From Candidatus Obscuribacteraceae bacterium (GTDB taxonomy: Bacteria; Cyanobacteriota; Vampirovibrionia; Obscuribacterales; Obscuribacteraceae): a DNA stretch of 64,000 bases. The DNA lies in assembly GCA_044229845.1 (NCBI GenBank), contig JBGASG010000001.1:256001-320000 (forward strand), read 5' to 3'. The translations under genes and the position numbers were made by a program. The notes below the pieces were generated by a model. That model was not told the origin of the DNA, ran no database searches, and saw only the letters and a program-made list of their open reading frames with translations. Shown piece after piece: positions 18,801 to 28,073 of the stretch (the stretch's first letter is position 1; the number at the start of each line of letters is the position of its first letter).

Positions 18801-20543
18801 GCACTGGGCAAAGTTTCGGACGTCTCTCCGGAAATTGCTGCCAAAGTGCAACAAGCTCTGGCCGATGCGCGCACTGTTGCTGCCGCGACTGCCGTAGAAA
18901 GAGCCGCAGCCCTGACCAGAGCGACCGAGGAAGCCGCTGCCGTCACATCCGCCATTACACCAAAAGGTGGCACGGCCGCTACTACCGATGCCGCCGCCGC
19001 CACAAATGTCGCCGGCAAGACAACCGATGCCGCCGCCGGCACTGGTGCCAAGCTGGCACAAGCTGAAGCCAACCTCGCGAAAGCCTGGGAAAACTTCCAC
19101 AACACCACGGTGCCCGCACTGGTGCAAGCGCTCAAGGCTCCGCTCGAGCGCATGGGTCTTACCGGCGAAGAACTGGCGACCAAGCTCTCCAGCATCAAAC
19201 AAATCGAAGAACTGGCCAGAAAAGCCGGCAGCGCTGATGTCACCGGCGGACTGGCGACTAAATGGGCTGATACTCAGTTCATGGGCGCCTTGAAAAACCG
19301 CCTGGAGATGTACAGGGCATCTATCTCCGGATCGGCAACGGCCGGCGAGTTGGACGTCATCGACCGGGCGATCGCCTCGCTGCAAAATTCGCAGCGTGCA
19401 CTGTCCGGTGCTCGCTCCGGTGTCCTTTCAGACATGACCTGGCTGCAGCAAATCGGTCGTTCGTTCAGCGATCACCCGTTCTACAACGCCTGGCGCACCA
19501 GCTTCCTGATCAACGCGCCGCTGCGTATTCTTTACGATGCCGGCAAATATCATCAGGATCAAGAAGCTGCCAAAGATGCTAAGAATGGCACCACCAATGG
19601 TGGCGCTGCTGCTGCTGCCATAGTTGGTGCAGGCGCCGGCGCGACGGTCGGTGTCAAACCCGGCGACGCGAAAGCCGGCAATGGTAACGACGGACAGCAA
19701 GGCGTTCAGCCTGCTAATCAGGGCACTGGTGAGAAGAAAGTCGAAGTGCTGCCGAGGCAGACTGGCGACGGCACGGTCGAGCGCACCAGCATGACTCTGC
19801 CTGGAACCAGCGACCAGCTGAAGACCACACAGATCAGCCACAGCGGCGAGCCGACGATTGTTGCCGGTGGTCCGTTCCGTGTCAACGCCGCTGAACCGTT
19901 GGACAATTACTCGCAGATGATCCTGCGCAATGCTCAGCGCTTCGGACTCTCAACACCGTTTGCTCCGCGCGGTTATGTGGCCCCGCCGGTCGAAGAAGCT
20001 CGTGTTGTCATGCCGTTCGCCAACCGAGCCAAGTTTGCCGGTATCGAAAGCGGTTCCGCTGATTTCGCCAAGACCTCTTACACACCATTTGTCGCCGCCG
20101 GCAAGTCGCTGCTCTCACTCGATGCAGTGCGTGTCATGAGCGCCAATCCAGCCATGGCTCTGGGCACCGACAGCAAGGGACGCACACTGTTGACGCCCAC
20201 CTCCACCGACCCGATCAGCGCTCTCAACGCTCGCGGTCTGGTGTTCGCCACCGCCGGTCTGGGTGGTGAAGGCAAGCTGATCGATTCCAAACAAAGAGAA
20301 GCCATGCGCAAGGTCAACACCGATCGTCGCACCAGAGGCGGCGGCGCAGTGGCCGGTCAACAAGGCATTCAGTTCACGGCCGTAGCGGCGCCTCCTGGAG
20401 CGCAGTTGACCACCGGCACGGGCACCAATGATCCGTCCAACAACGACGAAGACAACAACGGGGTCGCACAGACCACTACTGTCGCTCAAACCAATAAGGG
20501 CGCCGATCCGGATGACTCCGGCATCAACCTGACGACAGTCTAA
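15873..20543 (+). CDS. Giant (1556 aa) Ala/Thr-rich protein with repeated helical modules
   Basis: Uninterrupted 4.7-kb ORF with host-like codon bias and internal repeats; no recognisable catalytic motif. Confidence 0.85.
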   Translation: MAGLDETKKPNPLQSDQAAAGTDTGSNKPAPGISALDAFSGTPQSNQFGLGAVGSGRLAGPASAADMSALGFAKAGGQQIVDFVAKDKKLETGIAAVDLVGNTGLGFINTTLKMNSAAVELIAVPSKLSTTVEGLKHLPSALPGMLAETGNNLWNGDWATKGQTLGNTAAFVTLTFGAVGGPKSGAAVEGTAARSTSWLSRAGSGLKNWWQGADEVAAASADDLLASAMKAPRGGSVVELPGGATRPLATDLPIPVVREPVVPKIGEPGYVPKVGEPGYVAPKVGEPGYVEPTTPVGPATRLHGPAGEGPVVNVPNRGLGTLPENAVVAPLQDAAATTVSTVVRDIGEVAPRMSRLGDDLGTLGLKGEEVAALQRQITAFAKGEVESGAVEAAVQGLRSKVGSSMAGKFDEIVNNAVKDVGDFRAAQIAAKTNPAGVDALVGTTGTRVTGGSVVDEAAVAGATQDVATTISRVEQAAAKAPATEVNALKTTIDDFAKGTATAEKLDQAVTAVRRTLSGDDLAAFDTQMANARRAAEAAQQARGIASVRPVEVAPVEVAPPLKPVETATVKVTETSTEAATALRNVESTAAKAGEAEVAALRNTFEDVVNGKAGLNKLDEAAAAVKAKLPTNDVAAFEAEMAKARQAAQTAQEARGALQTLDNAAPAVAKPFKVADVAPTPVETATVNVSRTTTEATTSLRNVESAAAKALDEAAAAVKAKLPTNDVAAFEAEMAKARQAAQAAQEARGALQSLDNAAPAVSKPFRLADEPVVPRDTAPVVREPAVKEPVVKEPSATPAEATSRAQTSIREAEDVVKKSLGEADAVKLRTEFDNMMSGKPNKFAETVEDIQARLRAASKADDLAAVTRNTENAAAEAARARTLAGEPVVAPPKVTEAGPPKVTEAGPPKGTTGDGVVPPKEAPTPVQAKQSFTDSAGSLKDDLAGVTSRTSTKAQQALDKFADLTNPTVKDVAALERALGKVSDVSPEIAAKVQQALADARTVAAATAVERAAALTRATEEAAAVTSAITPKGGTAATTDAAAATNVAGKTTDAAAGTGAKLAQAEANLAKAWENFHNTTVPALVQALKAPLERMGLTGEELATKLSSIKQIEELARKAGSADVTGGLATKWADTQFMGALKNRLEMYRASISGSATAGELDVIDRAIASLQNSQRALSGARSGVLSDMTWLQQIGRSFSDHPFYNAWRTSFLINAPLRILYDAGKYHQDQEAAKDAKNGTTNGGAAAAAIVGAGAGATVGVKPGDAKAGNGNDGQQGVQPANQGTGEKKVEVLPRQTGDGTVERTSMTLPGTSDQLKTTQISHSGEPTIVAGGPFRVNAAEPLDNYSQMILRNAQRFGLSTPFAPRGYVAPPVEEARVVMPFANRAKFAGIESGSADFAKTSYTPFVAAGKSLLSLDAVRVMSANPAMALGTDSKGRTLLTPTSTDPISALNARGLVFATAGLGGEGKLIDSKQREAMRKVNTDRRTRGGGAVAGQQGIQFTAVAAPPGAQLTTGTGTNDPSNNDEDNNGVAQTTTVAQTNKGADPDDSGINLTTV
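16659..16742 (+). repeat. Coding tandem repeat PKxGEPGYV x3
   Basis: VPKIGEPGYVPKVGEPGYVAPKVGEPGYV. Confidence 0.85.
17721..18164 (+). repeat. Recent in-frame duplication (~165-nt core, 279-nt offset)
   Basis: LDEAAAAVKAKLPTNDVAAFEAEMAKARQAAQ.AQEARGALQ.LDNAAPAV.KPF at 17721-17885 and 18000-18164. Confidence 0.9.
18540..18597 (+). repeat. 24-nt coding tandem repeat (PPKVTEAG x2.5)
   Basis: ccgcc(c/t)aaggttaccgaagccgga repeated. Confidence 0.85.
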
Positions 20544-20573
20544 CTAACCAATGCGTGACCTGAATGCTGTCTG

Positions 20574-21836
20574 TTATGCGAACTGACGCATGACGAGCAC
20601 GGTGTTGTGACCGCCGAAGCCCAGCGCTTCCACCATGGCGTGTTTGACTGCGGCTTCGCGTGAGACGTTGGGCACGTAGTCGAGATCGCATTTGGGGTCT
20701 GGATTGATGTAGTTGATCGTCGGGTGAATCCGCTGTTCTTTGAGGGTCATTGCGGCAGCGGCGGCGCCGATAGATCCAGCGGCACCGAGCATGTGTCCGA
20801 CCATGGACTTGGTGCTGGAGATGGCCAGCTTGTAGGCGTGGTCACCGAACACAGTTTTGATGGCCAGCGTTTCACGCTCGTCATTGAGCGGTGTAGAGGT
20901 GCCGTGGGCATTGATGTAGTCGATATCGCTGGGTTTGATTTGCGCGTCATCCAGCGCCTCACGGATGGCTCTGGCAGCGCCTGCGCCGTACTCATCAGGG
21001 GCGACAATGTGATTGGCATCGCAGGAGGCGCCACCACCAATCACTTCACTGTAGATCGGGGCGTTACGACGTAACGCATGCTCGAGTTCTTCCAAAATCA
21101 TGATTACCGAGCCCTCGCCAATCACAAATCCATCGCGATCGGCATTGAAGGGGCGACTGGCCGTGGTTGGATCGTCGTTGCGCTTCGAGAGCGCCATCAT
21201 ATTGCCGAAGGAAGCCACTGCGAATGGGTTTAGCGAAGCTTCGGTGCCGCCGGCAATCATGACGTCGGAGCGACCGTGCTTGATGTACATGTAGGCATCG
21301 AACAGCGAATCGAGACCGCTGGCGCAGGCAGTGGCATCGCTCTTGGCCCGTCCCTTGGCGCCGAAGTTGATAGCTACCTGCCCGGAGGGCGCGTTGGGCA
21401 TCAGACGGATAATCGAGCGCAGACCGATTTTCTTGGGTCCGCCTTCCATGAGCTTTAGCTGATCGGCGGTGGTTGTGATCAAGCCACCAACACCGGTGCC
21501 GATGAAAGTGCCGACACGTTCGGGCACTGTCTCGCGCACATCGAGCGCTGCGTCTTCCAGTGCCAGCTTGGCGGCCGCCATGGCAAACAAAGTCACCCGG
21601 TCCATCTCTTTGAGCATGGAGCCGACCTTGCGCTTGTCGGGATAGAAATTGGCAATATCGAAATCTTTTACTTCAGCCGCAATTTGAGTCTCGAGACCGA
21701 TTGCATCCGCGTCGAAGTGCGTAATGCGACCAACTCCGCTTTTGCCTTCCAAAAGCGCCTGCCACGTATCTTCGCGGCCAATGCCGATGGGACTGACAAT
21801 ACCGATGCCGGTTACAACAACTCGCCTGTTATTCAT
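20574..21836 (-). CDS. fabF: 3-oxoacyl-ACP synthase II
   Basis: RRVVVTGIG, TACAS (Cys), NAHGTST and GHMLG (His-His), GFGGHN. Confidence 0.93.
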   Translation of the reverse strand: MNNRRVVVTGIGIVSPIGIGREDTWQALLEGKSGVGRITHFDADAIGLETQIAAEVKDFDIANFYPDKRKVGSMLKEMDRVTLFAMAAAKLALEDAALDVRETVPERVGTFIGTGVGGLITTTADQLKLMEGGPKKIGLRSIIRLMPNAPSGQVAINFGAKGRAKSDATACASGLDSLFDAYMYIKHGRSDVMIAGGTEASLNPFAVASFGNMMALSKRNDDPTTASRPFNADRDGFVIGEGSVIMILEELEHALRRNAPIYSEVIGGGASCDANHIVAPDEYGAGAARAIREALDDAQIKPSDIDYINAHGTSTPLNDERETLAIKTVFGDHAYKLAISSTKSMVGHMLGAAGSIGAAAAAMTLKEQRIHPTINYINPDPKCDLDYVPNVSREAAVKHAMVEALGFGGHNTVLVMRQFA

Positions 21837-22135
21837 CAAAAAAGACTTCTCGTTCCGTTTAAACGCTAGATATTCTAACTTGCTAAAGCAGAGAGTTGCT
21901 CTACTTAAGCAGTCCGCAGCCGCATGATAAACCATCTGGGCAGCCCAACGCTAGCATCTACAGCCATTCTTAGCGATGTATCGCAGTAATACGCAATCAG
22001 GCCGTCTCGGGCTTATGTCTCGCATAGCTGAACTGTTCCTAATTTAGTGCTTTGTCGACATCTGTTCGGTTGACAAGAATTGAGCGGCGAATGCAGAACG
22101 CGTTGCTGCGCGTGGTTATCAAGCACCGTCGTGGC

Positions 22136-22693
22136 TCAATAGCCACCACTGACGATGCCTGGCTCGTAAGAGGCCCAACCGCCCAAGTCGTCATCATCGC
22201 AACTGGTCAGTTCGTCGTCGCAACAAATCATTGCGGCATCGCTCTCAGCGCTGCCGCTGTACAGGAGATGAGAAGCTGCGGCACCCGGTGGCAGCAGCAG
22301 GTTGGAATTTTCTTCGCGCACATTTCTGCTGAAGGCCACCTGCAATTCATGACGCACCTGGCGGTAATCCGGCTCGAACCGGCCGACGATGTCCCAAAAT
22401 CGATGATTATGGCTGGGTTCTATTACGTGAGTCAGCTCATGAATGACGAGATACCTTCTGCCTCTTTCCGGAACTTTCTCCACGGCAAATCGGCTGAATG
22501 TGATAATTCGCGATTTCAAATTTATCTGGGCCAAGCGGGTGTATCTGGCGCTGCCGATGCGGACGCCGCCTATATCTACATTGAGGGTCGATTCGTTGAT
22601 GCGGCGTACATATCCAGCCATGAATGCTTGATAGACATTGGCACCCTTCGATGCGGACAATGGTGACTCCTGACGAACCGCTCTGTACGCCAA
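22136..22693 (-). CDS. YgjP/DUF45-like zinc metallohydrolase
   Basis: YLVIHELTHVIEPSHNHRFWDIV..FEPDY. Confidence 0.8.
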   Translation of the reverse strand: MAYRAVRQESPLSASKGANVYQAFMAGYVRRINESTLNVDIGGVRIGSARYTRLAQINLKSRIITFSRFAVEKVPERGRRYLVIHELTHVIEPSHNHRFWDIVGRFEPDYRQVRHELQVAFSRNVREENSNLLLPPGAAASHLLYSGSAESDAAMICCDDELTSCDDDDLGGWASYEPGIVSGGY

Positions 22694-22745
22694 TCATCAG
22701 CTCTTGATATGTTTTTCTCAAGCGCAGCGGGAGTAAAATTTTGCC

Positions 22746-23315
22746 ATGCAAAACCTGACTTTGATCACGGGCGGCGCCCGGTCCGGAAAGTCGACGCTGG
22801 CGGAAAAGCTGGGGCGCGAGGCTAGCTCGCCTGTCTACTATTTTGCCACCATGCATGAGCGCCCCAACGATGCTGAGCAATGTCGGCGCATTGAGCGACA
22901 CCAGGCGAATAGACCTGCTGTCTGGCAGACGGTCGTCATCAATGCCGGACTTACCGCCGCCATCGATGCGCTGCCGAAGCAGAATGTTCTGGTGATTGTC
23001 GACTGTCTGTCGCTGTACGTGGCTGATTTCTTGATGCGCCAGTTGGGTGAAGGCGCGCGGGGCGAACAGGTCTACGAAGGTGAAGATCCGCTCATGGATA
23101 CGCTGAGGAAAGACTTGCTGGCTATGGAACACAGCGCGCACGCGCAGTTTATTGTCGTGACCAATGAAGTCGGCTCGGGAGTGGTGCCCGAACATGTTCT
23201 CGGTCGCGCTTATCGCGACTTGCTCGGTGCCGCTAATCAGCTTTTTGCAGCCCACGCGCAAACTGTATATATGATGTGCGTCGGCATTCCTGTTCGCATC
23301 AAGCCGGTATCCTGA
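22746..23315 (+). CDS. cobU: Adenosylcobinamide kinase / adenosylcobinamide-phosphate guanylyltransferase
   Basis: LITGGARSGKS, RIERHQANRP, VDCLSL, VTNEVGSGVVP. Confidence 0.93.
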   Translation: MQNLTLITGGARSGKSTLAEKLGREASSPVYYFATMHERPNDAEQCRRIERHQANRPAVWQTVVINAGLTAAIDALPKQNVLVIVDCLSLYVADFLMRQLGEGARGEQVYEGEDPLMDTLRKDLLAMEHSAHAQFIVVTNEVGSGVVPEHVLGRAYRDLLGAANQLFAAHAQTVYMMCVGIPVRIKPVS

Positions 23316-23338
23316 CTGTAACTAGCAGGCGTGGCGGT

Positions 23339-24427
23339 CTATAACGGCCAGGTTCTCAAAACTTGTGACAGCATCGCATCGGCCGGAGTCTGCGCGGTGT
23401 TGCTGACTCCCGACGCCGTGAGCCTGGTGAGCAGCGCTTTGCGCTGGGTTTCATCAGCGCCTGCCCAGAGCACCTTGAATTTTGCCCAGCCAATCGGGAA
23501 GTTGGTCATCGCCTGGCGATCGGCATCGGACGGCGCATCTTTGTACTTCTGCATGATCACATTGGAAAACAGAGCGCGATTCTCCATGGCGTCTATAGTT
23601 TTACCGGGATTTTTCTGCTCGTACAGGAAGCAAGCCATGTCTGCGTAGGCGTCGACTGCATCTTCTGTGAGTGGCGGTGTGCCGGGCACGGCAATGCGAG
23701 TCGGACCTAACAATTCGCCAATCAATTCGGTCTCCGGAGCGCCACCACCGGCGGTGGTGCTACCGGGTCTGGTGCGCATGCGCAGCAAGGAATAGATCAA
23801 TTGCGAGTAATTCTCTTGCTGGTCCGGATTCTTTTCCAGATATTTACGCAAAGCAGGCCAGAAGCCCATGATCGCGGTCGCTCGTGGATCTTTTTTCTCC
23901 AGCAATGCGCCATAAAATTCTTTGATGCGCACGATTTGATCGTCGCTCAGCTGCCCGGGAGTGGCCGCTTCGTACATCTCCAGCCAGGCAATCAGAATAC
24001 CCTGGCGTCGCTCGCGTTCGGGGTTGGCGTAAATAGAGCGCTGTCCGTCGACAGTCATCGGCGGTGGCAAGGGCGTTTCCGAGCTGCCTGGCAGTTTGTG
24101 CGGAACCGCCGTGCTGGCAGACGCTGGAGGCGCGGACTTAGACGGCACAAGCGGAGCTCTGACGACGGGCTTGGCCGGCGCGGTTGATTTGACGGCTGGA
24201 GCATTCAGAGACCGAGCCGGCGCGGCGCGCAGTTCGTCCTGTTTCTTAACGGGCGTTGCCGCTGCCGGGCTCTTGTGAGTCGGCACGGATTGAGCATTGT
24301 CGCTTGATTCTGCCGGTACACTTTCGTAGCCCCAATCGGCACTCGCGGCTGGGTTCCCTCCGGCGACAAGAGCCAGCGCCCCATATATGGTGGCTGTCCG
24401 TTGCATAGATTTTTTGCTCATGTCCAA
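23339..24427 (-). CDS. Exported hypothetical protein with Pro/Ala-rich linker
   Basis: Hydrophobic N-terminal signal ending PAASA; helical C-terminal domain. Confidence 0.7.
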   Translation of the reverse strand: MDMSKKSMQRTATIYGALALVAGGNPAASADWGYESVPAESSDNAQSVPTHKSPAAATPVKKQDELRAAPARSLNAPAVKSTAPAKPVVRAPLVPSKSAPPASASTAVPHKLPGSSETPLPPPMTVDGQRSIYANPERERRQGILIAWLEMYEAATPGQLSDDQIVRIKEFYGALLEKKDPRATAIMGFWPALRKYLEKNPDQQENYSQLIYSLLRMRTRPGSTTAGGGAPETELIGELLGPTRIAVPGTPPLTEDAVDAYADMACFLYEQKNPGKTIDAMENRALFSNVIMQKYKDAPSDADRQAMTNFPIGWAKFKVLWAGADETQRKALLTRLTASGVSNTAQTPADAMLSQVLRTWPL

Positions 24428-24619
24428 GCTTTCTCACGGCAACTAACGCAGACAATCGAGAATAACCGAAGTTTCTTGTTACGGGAAGCAGGCGTCTGAG
24501 CCGCGGGGGACGTAACCGCGCTGGACCTTGTGATACAGGGCTTTTTATAAGATGAATACTTGCCAAGCGTATGGTAATATCGGGCAATAGACCCATTTTT
24601 ACAGGCATTTCGGTTATCT

Positions 24620-25192
24620 ATGGCTAAGCTTCAACTCCAGTATTACCCGGCAGAAGTCCTGCGCGCTCAGGCAAAGAAAATCACGCGCGTTGACTCATCG
24701 GTGCGCCGTCTGGCGCAGGATATGCTGGACACCATGTATGCCAACAACGGCGTCGGACTGGCAGCGCCGCAAGTCGGACACTCCAAGCGCATGATGGTTA
24801 TCGATGTGGCGGGAGAAGATGAAGGACGCAAACCTATCGTTTTCATTAACCCTGAGATTGTGAAGGCCGAGGGCGAAATGACCGGTACCGAAGGCTGCTT
24901 GAGTTTTCCAAATGTGTTCTTTGAAGTGAAGCGATTCTCAAATATCACGGTCAAATATCAGAACCTGTCCGGCAAGGAAGTGAAACTGACCGCTGAAAAC
25001 AACCTGCTCTGTCGCGCTATCCAACACGAGCTTGACCACCTGGATGGCAAATTGTTTATCGACAAACCCCTGAACAAACTGGCAGCCGATCTGGAATTGT
25101 CCAAGAACGGCTTCCTGGGCGAGCCGGTCGACGTCGGTGCCGTCATCAAGGCTCCACCTGTCAATCACGGCGAGAAGACGTTAATCGGCTAG
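24620..25192 (+). CDS. def: Peptide deformylase
   Basis: GVGLAAPQVG, EGCLS, QHELDHLDG. Confidence 0.97.
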   Translation: MAKLQLQYYPAEVLRAQAKKITRVDSSVRRLAQDMLDTMYANNGVGLAAPQVGHSKRMMVIDVAGEDEGRKPIVFINPEIVKAEGEMTGTEGCLSFPNVFFEVKRFSNITVKYQNLSGKEVKLTAENNLLCRAIQHELDHLDGKLFIDKPLNKLAADLELSKNGFLGEPVDVGAVIKAPPVNHGEKTLIG

Positions 25193-25221
25193 CGGCTGAA
25201 CCAGGCAATTGCGAGGGTGTC

Positions 25222-25620
25222 GTGAAAATCGGCTTGAAGGCATTCCCCGGCGGGTTGTGGCATCTGAGCAAAGGCTTGCTGAGAGTGGTGTTGCTGCGAC
25301 CGCGCACTTACTATCACGCCTACTTTCAGCGTCAAAAGCTTGATTGGCACCCGGCGGCGGCCGACAACGGGCGACCGCGCACGTGTCCGATGTGCGGTTA
25401 TGTCAAAATCAAAGTTGTCTTGCCGGCCGGTTGGTCGGTCGAGATGTGTTCGGCGCTGCCGCGTTTTACTGACATGGAAGCTCTGAACGCCAGCCTGGTG
25501 GGCTACCAGAAAGCGGCCGCAGAATTGCCAACGGCTGCGCAAAGCTCCTATACTGTCACTGATGAGCAACGAAACTTATCCGCACAAACAAAGCAACCCC
25601 AGCAGCAGACGCGCTGCTGA
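25222..25620 (+). CDS. Possible hypothetical protein (CPMC motif)
   Basis: Fills the gap between def and rapZ-CTD; GAGGG before GTG; overlaps the next ORF by 59 nt. Confidence 0.35.
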   Translation: MKIGLKAFPGGLWHLSKGLLRVVLLRPRTYYHAYFQRQKLDWHPAAADNGRPRTCPMCGYVKIKVVLPAGWSVEMCSALPRFTDMEALNASLVGYQKAAAELPTAAQSSYTVTDEQRNLSAQTKQPQQQTRC

Positions 25621-26080
25621 ATCCCCGGATGGGGATGGCAATGGGGACGGCGACAATGCTCCGCAAACGGTGCATGTCAAAGTGATGTCTTTCGGCTATA
25701 AGCAAGGTTTGCCGCCGGCCGCCAACATCATCTTCGATGTGCGATTTTTGAAAAATCCGTACTGGGTGGATGAGCTGAGACCGCTGAACGGCATGCGCGA
25801 TGTGCAGGTTCAGGATTACGTGATGAATCAGGACACTGCCATCGAGTTTCTCAATTCAGTAACAGAGCTCCTGGCAAACTTGTTGCCACGCCTGCCCGAG
25901 CTGAAGGTAAATGAATTCACGATTGCCTTCGGATGCACGGGTGGTCAGCATCGCTCTGCCACCATGTGCGAAAAACTGGCGGCGCGGCTTTGCGAGCGGT
26001 TTCCGAATTACAAAATCGAGCGAGAGCACCGGGAGCTGGTAAACCGCGTGTCGTCCACAACTGTGTTGGAAGATAGATGA
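25562..26080 (+). CDS. RapZ/YvcJ C-terminal domain-only protein
   Basis: VMSFGYKQG, FDVRFLKNPYW, IAFGCTGGQHRS; no N-terminal P-loop domain. Confidence 0.85.
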   Translation: MSNETYPHKQSNPSSRRAAESPDGDGNGDGDNAPQTVHVKVMSFGYKQGLPPAANIIFDVRFLKNPYWVDELRPLNGMRDVQVQDYVMNQDTAIEFLNSVTELLANLLPRLPELKVNEFTIAFGCTGGQHRSATMCEKLAARLCERFPNYKIEREHRELVNRVSSTTVLEDR

Positions 26081-27507
26081 TGAAACGCACGTGGCAATAC
26101 CAGTTGCGCGGGTTGATGCTTCCAGGGTTGAAGCGCTGGATCGTTTTCATCGGACTGGGTATTTTCGGCATCGTCTTCGGTGTCTGCTTGTTGCTCGACT
26201 TGCACCCGGTCGATGCGACGTTCCGCTTCACGAGAGAACTGTTGTCTGATGCGACGCGGCTCTTGCCGAGCCGAGTCAGCGGATTGTTGGCACTGTTGGC
26301 CGGGGGCATTCTGGTCTTCGCCTCGGTGGTGAAAATCCTGCACAACATACTCGGGGCGTACTTTCCAGACGACCGCGAGTCTATTCCTGATGTCCTCTAT
26401 AGAAAGCGGCATCTGGAGCGCGGTCCGAAAGTTGTTGTTGTCGGCGGAGGCACTGGACTTTCCACCTTGCTGAGGGGTTTGAAAGGTTTTACGCACAACA
26501 TAACGGCAGTTGTCACCGTCGGTGATGACGGCGGCAGCTCCGGGCGACTGCGACAAGAACTGGGCGTGTTGCCGCCCGGCGATTTGCGCAACTGCATAAC
26601 TGCCCTGGCCGATGAAGACAAACTGGTCACCGAACTTTTCCGCTACAGATTCGAACGTGGCGATGGGCTGGAAGGACATAGCTTTGGTAACTTGTTTTTG
26701 ACAGCGGTCTCGGCGATCACCAAGGGAGACATGCTGGAAGCGGCACGCGTCGCCAGTCGCGTCCTCAACAGCTGCGGGCAGGTTTTGCCTTCGACGCTGG
26801 TGAGCATGACATTGCATGCTGAATTTACCGACGGACGCACCGTCTGTGGTGAATCCAGCATCACCGATGCCGATGGACAAATTCGTCGATTGTCTTGTGA
26901 ACCAGCCTGTCCGGAAGCCACTCCGGAGGCGATTGAAGCGATCAAGAATGCCGACATGCTGGTGCTCGGTCCCGGCAGTCTCTATACATCGATTATTCCT
27001 AACTTGCTGGTGAACGGCATTCCGGAAGCCATTTCGGAATCGAAGGCGCGCAAAATCTATGTTTGCAATGTGATGACTCAAAAAGGCGAAACCACCAACT
27101 ACACGGTTGCCGATCACGTCATCGCCATTCTGCAGCACGCTGGGTTTGGACCGAACGTGCCCGGACGTCCCTCTGGAAAACTCCTGGAAGCGGTGCTCGT
27201 GAACGGGCAGCCGCCGACGTTCGATGGTAATTTGCCGGCGATTCCGGTGCGGTACGATCCCGATCGTCTGAAGGAACTGGGTGTGCGGGCTGTAGTTCGA
27301 CCATTATGCGGTGCGGACTTCCCGGGGCACCACGACCCGATCAAGCTGGCGCAATCACTAATGCTCTGGTATTTTCGCCAGAAACCGGGACGCACCGGCA
27401 AAAGCTCGGGGCGATTAGCGCGCGTTCAGTCCGTGCAACCAGGCAAGGTGCAGCAGCCGACAGAAACTGCGGCATCGGCTAGCACCAGCGCTCCAACACT
27501 TCCTTGA
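26077..27507 (+). CDS. yvcK: YvcK/GlmR (CofD-like, UDP-GlcNAc-binding) protein with N-terminal membrane extension
   Basis: GGGTGLSTLLRGLK, DDGGSSGRLR, PPGDLRNC, GHSFGNL, GPGSLYTSIIPNL; two N-terminal TM segments. Confidence 0.92.
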   Translation: MMKRTWQYQLRGLMLPGLKRWIVFIGLGIFGIVFGVCLLLDLHPVDATFRFTRELLSDATRLLPSRVSGLLALLAGGILVFASVVKILHNILGAYFPDDRESIPDVLYRKRHLERGPKVVVVGGGTGLSTLLRGLKGFTHNITAVVTVGDDGGSSGRLRQELGVLPPGDLRNCITALADEDKLVTELFRYRFERGDGLEGHSFGNLFLTAVSAITKGDMLEAARVASRVLNSCGQVLPSTLVSMTLHAEFTDGRTVCGESSITDADGQIRRLSCEPACPEATPEAIEAIKNADMLVLGPGSLYTSIIPNLLVNGIPEAISESKARKIYVCNVMTQKGETTNYTVADHVIAILQHAGFGPNVPGRPSGKLLEAVLVNGQPPTFDGNLPAIPVRYDPDRLKELGVRAVVRPLCGADFPGHHDPIKLAQSLMLWYFRQKPGRTGKSSGRLARVQSVQPGKVQQPTETAASASTSAPTLP

Positions 27508-27871
27508 GCATCTGCAGGTTGTAGGGCTTGGAGATGTAGTCATCCATGCCCGCCGCCAGGCACTTTTCACGGTCGCCTTTCATGGCCAGGGCCGTCAGTG
27601 CAATGATCGGAGTCCTTTTGCCCTTGCGCTCTTCTGCCTGACGGATAGCTCTGGTGGCATCGAATCCGTCGAATTCGGGCATTTGTACATCCATCAAGAT
27701 GATGGCGTACTCCTTGGTCAATGCCTGTTCGACCGCTTCGCGTCCACCGGTGACGACATCGCAGTTAAAACCCAGTTTTTGCAAAAGCAGCAATGCGACC
27801 ATGCGATTGGAGTCGTGGTCTTCTACCAGAAGAACGCTGCGGGGTTGATTCGGTTGCAGGGCCCCTGACAT
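27479..27871 (-). CDS. Single-domain response regulator (receiver)
   Basis: VLLVED, ILMDVQMPEFDG, IIALTA, GMDDYISKP; start set at MSGALQ because the longer ORF overlaps the flavin reductase gene. Confidence 0.88.
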   Translation of the reverse strand: MSGALQPNQPRSVLLVEDHDSNRMVALLLLQKLGFNCDVVTGGREAVEQALTKEYAIILMDVQMPEFDGFDATRAIRQAEERKGKRTPIIALTALAMKGDREKCLAAGMDDYISKPYNLQMLKEVLERWC

Positions 27872-28073
27872 AGGACTTATCCGCACTTTACTAAATGGAA
27901 CGGCAACATTGTCGCAGATGCCCAGGGGTGACGCCAATTCCTCTTGAAAATAATCTTCAGGTGGAGTGGGCGGGCGGAAAGGGCTTTTTGAGCTAATATT
28001 TAGGGCGCAATTGGCGAGGTAGACCGTCGTGTTGAACACCTCTACGACTTCGGGTCTGTTTGTAGACGCAGAA

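Noticed and set aside
17283..19385. 700-aa minus-strand ORF and other long antisense ORFs (e.g. 495..1298, 36699..37778, 26008..27138, 55466..56434, 58901..59878)
   Set aside because: Shadow frames of well-supported genes on the opposite strand; unnatural composition expected from GC-rich codon bias.
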